From Azolla caroliniana (Eukaryota; Plantae; Polypodiophyta): a stretch of DNA of 64,000 nucleotides. Within the stretch, counting starts at the first letter, position 1; each line of letters begins with the position of its first letter. Below are positions 60,419-64,000 of this stretch, in pieces. The position numbers were made by a program, and so were the translations under genes. The notes under the pieces were generated by a model. That model was not told the origin of the DNA and did not search any database. It saw nothing but the letters and a program-made list of their open reading frames with translations. The DNA is taken from positions 5,704,001 to 5,768,000 of the forward strand of contig JBHGNT010000020.1 of NCBI GenBank assembly GCA_043228905.1, given 5' to 3'.

Positions 60419-63400
60419 TGTAAGGAATAGACGCTTCTATTCACCTTCACCGCTCGGCCACAACCGAGTAAGCGCGAATCGATGGAGCAGAAAATAGGAA
60501 CCACAAAGAGAAACAAAACGCGAGTACACAGGGATTAACGTGGAAAACCCTATACGGGAAAAAACCACGGGAGTACAAGACTCCAAACCAACACTATACA
60601 GAGAAGTATACAATGGCGAGCTGCAAGGCGACGACCTTGAGCTCGCTGTCCTCGCCACAGGCGGCGGAAATACACAGAGGCGTCTACCTCTTCCTCTCTC
60701 GCGCTCTATCTCTCTCACGGCTGCTCTCTCTTCACTCCTCTAAAGTGGAAAAACAGAAAAATGAGAAGCAACAGTAAAACTGTTTGCCCTAAGTCATATT
60801 TATACTTATATGACTTTGGGCTATTTACAACTGTAGCCTCAGGGGCCCATAGCGAACATATTCACGGATATGTCCCTGCATCCGGATCGCTCTCCGGGTA
60901 CATTCGTCATCCGGTACCGAAACCGGGGTCTTCGTCATCCGGATCCGAAACCGAAACCGGGCTTGTCGGCATTCATCTCCGATATCCGACCATCCCATCC
61001 GAAAGGGACCGAAATCCCAACAAACTCCCCCTTCACTTCGGCATGGGATGTCTCTCCAATCCGATCCTCTTCCGGCATGCTTCCAGTTTGTCGGGTGTGA
61101 GGACCTTGGTCAGCATATCCGACCCGTTCTCGTCCGTGTGGATCTTTGTCAGCACGAACTCCTTGTCTTCTATCCTTTCCCGGATCCAGTGATATCTTCG
61201 CTGGATGTGCTTCGTCCGGGAGTGATAGGCCGCGTTCTTCGCAAGGTGGATTGCACTCTGACTGTCGCAGTAGAGTCGGTACTCCTCCTGCCGGATACCG
61301 AGCTCTCTAATGAAGTCCTTCATCCATATTATTTCCTTGCCGGCTTCAACAGCCGCCATGTACTCCGCCTCCGTGGTTGACAACGCAACCGTCTTCTGCA
61401 GCCTCGACTGCCATGAAACAGCTCCCCCTGCATACGTCATCACATACCCTGATGTGGACCGGCTGGTATCTGCATCAGCCGACATATCCGAATCGGTGAA
61501 ACCGTCGAGTTCGGGTTTACCGGAGCCGAATCGGAGGCACACATTCGCTGTGCCCTTCAGGTATCGGAGTATCCACTTGACCGCGTTCCAATGCTCTTTG
61601 CCGGGATTGCTCATGTACCGGCTCACCACTCCGACTGCATATCCGATATCCGGTCTCGTACACACCATGGCGTACATCAAGCTCCCGACGGCTGAGGCAT
61701 ACGGCACTTTCATCATATCCTCCTTTTCAGCCTTTGTCTTGGGACTTTGCTTGCTGGACAGCTTGCAGTTTGTCGGGAGGGTCGATCCGACCGGTCTTGC
61801 TTCCGACATGTTGAACCGGTGAAGCACCTTCGTCACGTACTTCTCCTGTGACAGCCACAACTGCTTCTTCTTCCGGTCCCGGATGATGTGCATCCCTAGT
61901 ATTTGCCTTGCCGGACCCAGGTCCTTCATTGAGAAGGTTCGGTGAAGGGCCTTCTTCAGCATCCGTATCTTGACCTGGTCCCGTCCGACGATCAACATGT
62001 CGTCCACGTACAGGAGGAGTATTAGAGAGTCTCCTCCTTCAAACTTCTTCACAAACACGCAGTGGTCGGACTGCGTTTTGAGGTACCCTTCGTCGGTCAT
62101 GAAGGAGTCGAACTTCCGGTACCATTGCCGGGGAGCCTGCTTCAGTCCGTAAAGGCTCTTCTTCAACCGGCATACCAGGTGCTCCTTCCCTTTCTTCTCG
62201 AATCCTTCCGGTTGCTGCATGTAGATCTCTTCATCGAGGTCACCATGAAGGAATGCCGTCTTCACGTCCATCTGTTCTACCTCGAGGTCCATGCTTGCCG
62301 CTATGCTCAGCACCGTCCGGATGGAGGTCATCTTCACTACCGGGGCAAATATCTCGTCGAAGTCGACGCCCTTCTTCTGCTGAAACCCCTTCACCACGAT
62401 CCTGGCTTTGTATCTCGGGGGGTTTCCGGCATCTCCCGGTTTCAGCTTGAACACCCACTTGTTTCGAAGTGCCCGCTTTCCTTTCGGCAACTCCACAAGT
62501 TCATATGTGTGGTTCTCATGCAGGGAATCCATCTCGTCCTGCATGGCACTCAACCACCTGCGGCTCTGGGTGTCGTGCTTTGCTTCTTCAAAGCTCTCCG
62601 GCTCCCCCTCGTCGGTTAGCAGCACGTGCTCTGGTTCCGGAAATCTCCGGGGGGCCCTTCTCTCTCTTAGAGGATATCTCCGTTCCGGAGCTTCGGTAAC
62701 CGGTTCCTCCGATTCTTCTTCATCCGAATCCATTTCGGGATCGGAGCCGGTTCCGGTATCATTTTCATCTTCTTCGGCCGGTTCTGTTTCTTCACCGTCT
62801 TCGGCCGGATCCTCGAGTGCTAACCGGTCCCTTGCCGGTCGGGACTGCTCCTCATAGAGTTGATCCTCACCGGTCGACTTGGAGCTCTTCATCTTCTTCT
62901 CCGACTCCCAGTCGGCGAGTGTCTTGTCCTCCATGAAGATGATGTCTCGACTCCTGAATATCTTCTTGTCGACCGGGTCCCATACTCGGTAGCCGAACTC
63001 GTCGTCGCCGTAACCGAGGAATATGCATGGCTGGGTCTTTGGATCTAGCTTTCCTCTCCGGTCCTTTGCCACATGCACGTATGCGAGACACCCGAACACC
63101 TTCAGATGCCGGTAGGACACTTCCTTACCGGTCCACACTTTCTGCGGCGTGTCTCCGTCCAAAGGTACTGAGGGTGATCTGTTTATCACGTATGTCGCCG
63201 TCGACATTGCCTCAGCCCAAAACCCCTTGGGTAATTTCGCATGCGCCAACATACTCCGGACCCTCTCCATTATGGTCCGGTTCATCCTCTCCGCCAGCCC
63301 GTTCAGTTCCGGCGTCTTCGGCACAGTAAACTCGAGCCGGATTCCCTTCGAGCGACAGTACTCCGCGAACTGCCCCCGGTATTCCCCTCCGTTATCCGCT

Positions 63401-64000
63401 CGTATCGCTTTCAGCTTCTTGCCGGATTCCCTTTCCACTCTCGCGTGGAGTTCTTTGAAGACGCACAACACTTGGTCCTTTGTCTTCAACGGTGCCGTCC
63501 ACAGTCTTCGGCTGTGATCATCTATGAATGTTACGAAGTACTGGGCTCCGCCATGTGACTTCGTTTCTACCTGACACACGTCGGTGTGCACCAACTCCAA
63601 TGGTGCGCTACGTCTCGTCGGTGGCCTTGAGTGGAAGGAGGTTCGGTTCTGCTTACCGGCCAGGCAATCGGTGCACTTCTCCAGGTGCACATGCTTCACT
63701 GGAATAAGGTTGTCTTCTGCAAGCCTCTTCATCCCCTTCTCACTCATGTGGCACAGTCTTTTGTGCCACAGCTCACCGGCAGTGTCGGCTGCCACATTCA
63801 GCTCTTCCGGACATAACCAGGCATTCATCAGGTACAGTGTGTTGACCTTCCGGGCCCGAGCCACTATCAAGCTCCCCTTGCTGAACTTCATGACACCGTT
63901 CCGGATGCTACCCGTGTAGCCTTCATCATCTAGCCTCCCGGCCGAAATCAGGTTCAGTCGGACCTCCGGAACGTGTCGGACATTCTTCAGCAACATTTTG
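60419..64000 (-). mobile_element. Ty1/copia K (Tnt1/Tork-like), young; 5' part outside window
   Basis: 3' LTR 60419-61022 (TGTTGGG..CTTACA on minus), PPT GTGAAGGGGGAG, uninterrupted pol. Confidence 0.95.
61033..64000 (-). CDS. pol: Copia K polyprotein (integrase-RT-RNase H), 5' partial
   Basis: 987+ aa open frame: LWHKRLCH, VHTDVC, RADNGGEY, YKARIVVKG, LYVDDML, FTDSD, YHSRTKHI. Confidence 0.96.
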   Translation of the reverse strand, partial: KMLLKNVRHVPEVRLNLISAGRLDDEGYTGSIRNGVMKFSKGSLIVARARKVNTLYLMNAWLCPEELNVAADTAGELWHKRLCHMSEKGMKRLAEDNLIPVKHVHLEKCTDCLAGKQNRTSFHSRPPTRRSAPLELVHTDVCQVETKSHGGAQYFVTFIDDHSRRLWTAPLKTKDQVLCVFKELHARVERESGKKLKAIRADNGGEYRGQFAEYCRSKGIRLEFTVPKTPELNGLAERMNRTIMERVRSMLAHAKLPKGFWAEAMSTATYVINRSPSVPLDGDTPQKVWTGKEVSYRHLKVFGCLAYVHVAKDRRGKLDPKTQPCIFLGYGDDEFGYRVWDPVDKKIFRSRDIIFMEDKTLADWESEKKMKSSKSTGEDQLYEEQSRPARDRLALEDPAEDGEETEPAEEDENDTGTGSDPEMDSDEEESEEPVTEAPERRYPLRERRAPRRFPEPEHVLLTDEGEPESFEEAKHDTQSRRWLSAMQDEMDSLHENHTYELVELPKGKRALRNKWVFKLKPGDAGNPPRYKARIVVKGFQQKKGVDFDEIFAPVVKMTSIRTVLSIAASMDLEVEQMDVKTAFLHGDLDEEIYMQQPEGFEKKGKEHLVCRLKKSLYGLKQAPRQWYRKFDSFMTDEGYLKTQSDHCVFVKKFEGGDSLILLLYVDDMLIVGRDQVKIRMLKKALHRTFSMKDLGPARQILGMHIIRDRKKKQLWLSQEKYVTKVLHRFNMSEARPVGSTLPTNCKLSSKQSPKTKAEKEDMMKVPYASAVGSLMYAMVCTRPDIGYAVGVVSRYMSNPGKEHWNAVKWILRYLKGTANVCLRFGSGKPELDGFTDSDMSADADTSRSTSGYVMTYAGGAVSWQSRLQKTVALSTTEAEYMAAVEAGKEIIWMKDFIRELGIRQEEYRLYCDSQSAIHLAKNAAYHSRTKHIQRRYHWIRERIEDKEFVLTKIHTDENGSDMLTKVLTPDKLEACRKRIGLERHPMPK

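Overview
Eukaryotic, land-plant-type genomic DNA (a non-seed plant such as a fern or lycophyte is my inference) that is roughly 90% nested LTR retrotransposons around one host gene, the eRF1 glutamine methyltransferase HEMK2/N6AMT1 (CDS 17245-17304 + 17538-18299). About ten Ty1/copia copies (tRNA-iMet PBS, 5-bp TSDs where visible) and one decayed tRNA-Arg-primed Ty3/gypsy act as hosts. The most interesting component is a tRNA-Trp-primed Ty3/gypsy lineage present as seven insertions (E1 1984-9273 intact; E2 37401-40976 non-autonomous; E3, E4, E5 decayed; two LTR-only pieces). It shows (i) 4-bp target duplications centred on CpG, (ii) tRNA-like Pol III A-box/B-box cassettes inside its LTRs, (iii) a -1 frameshift signal (GGAUUUY + pseudoknot) placed after the protease, and (iv) a D-H-G protease motif. 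A 201-bp TGT..ACA long-TIR element is also present. All calls were made by eye and no database searches were run.
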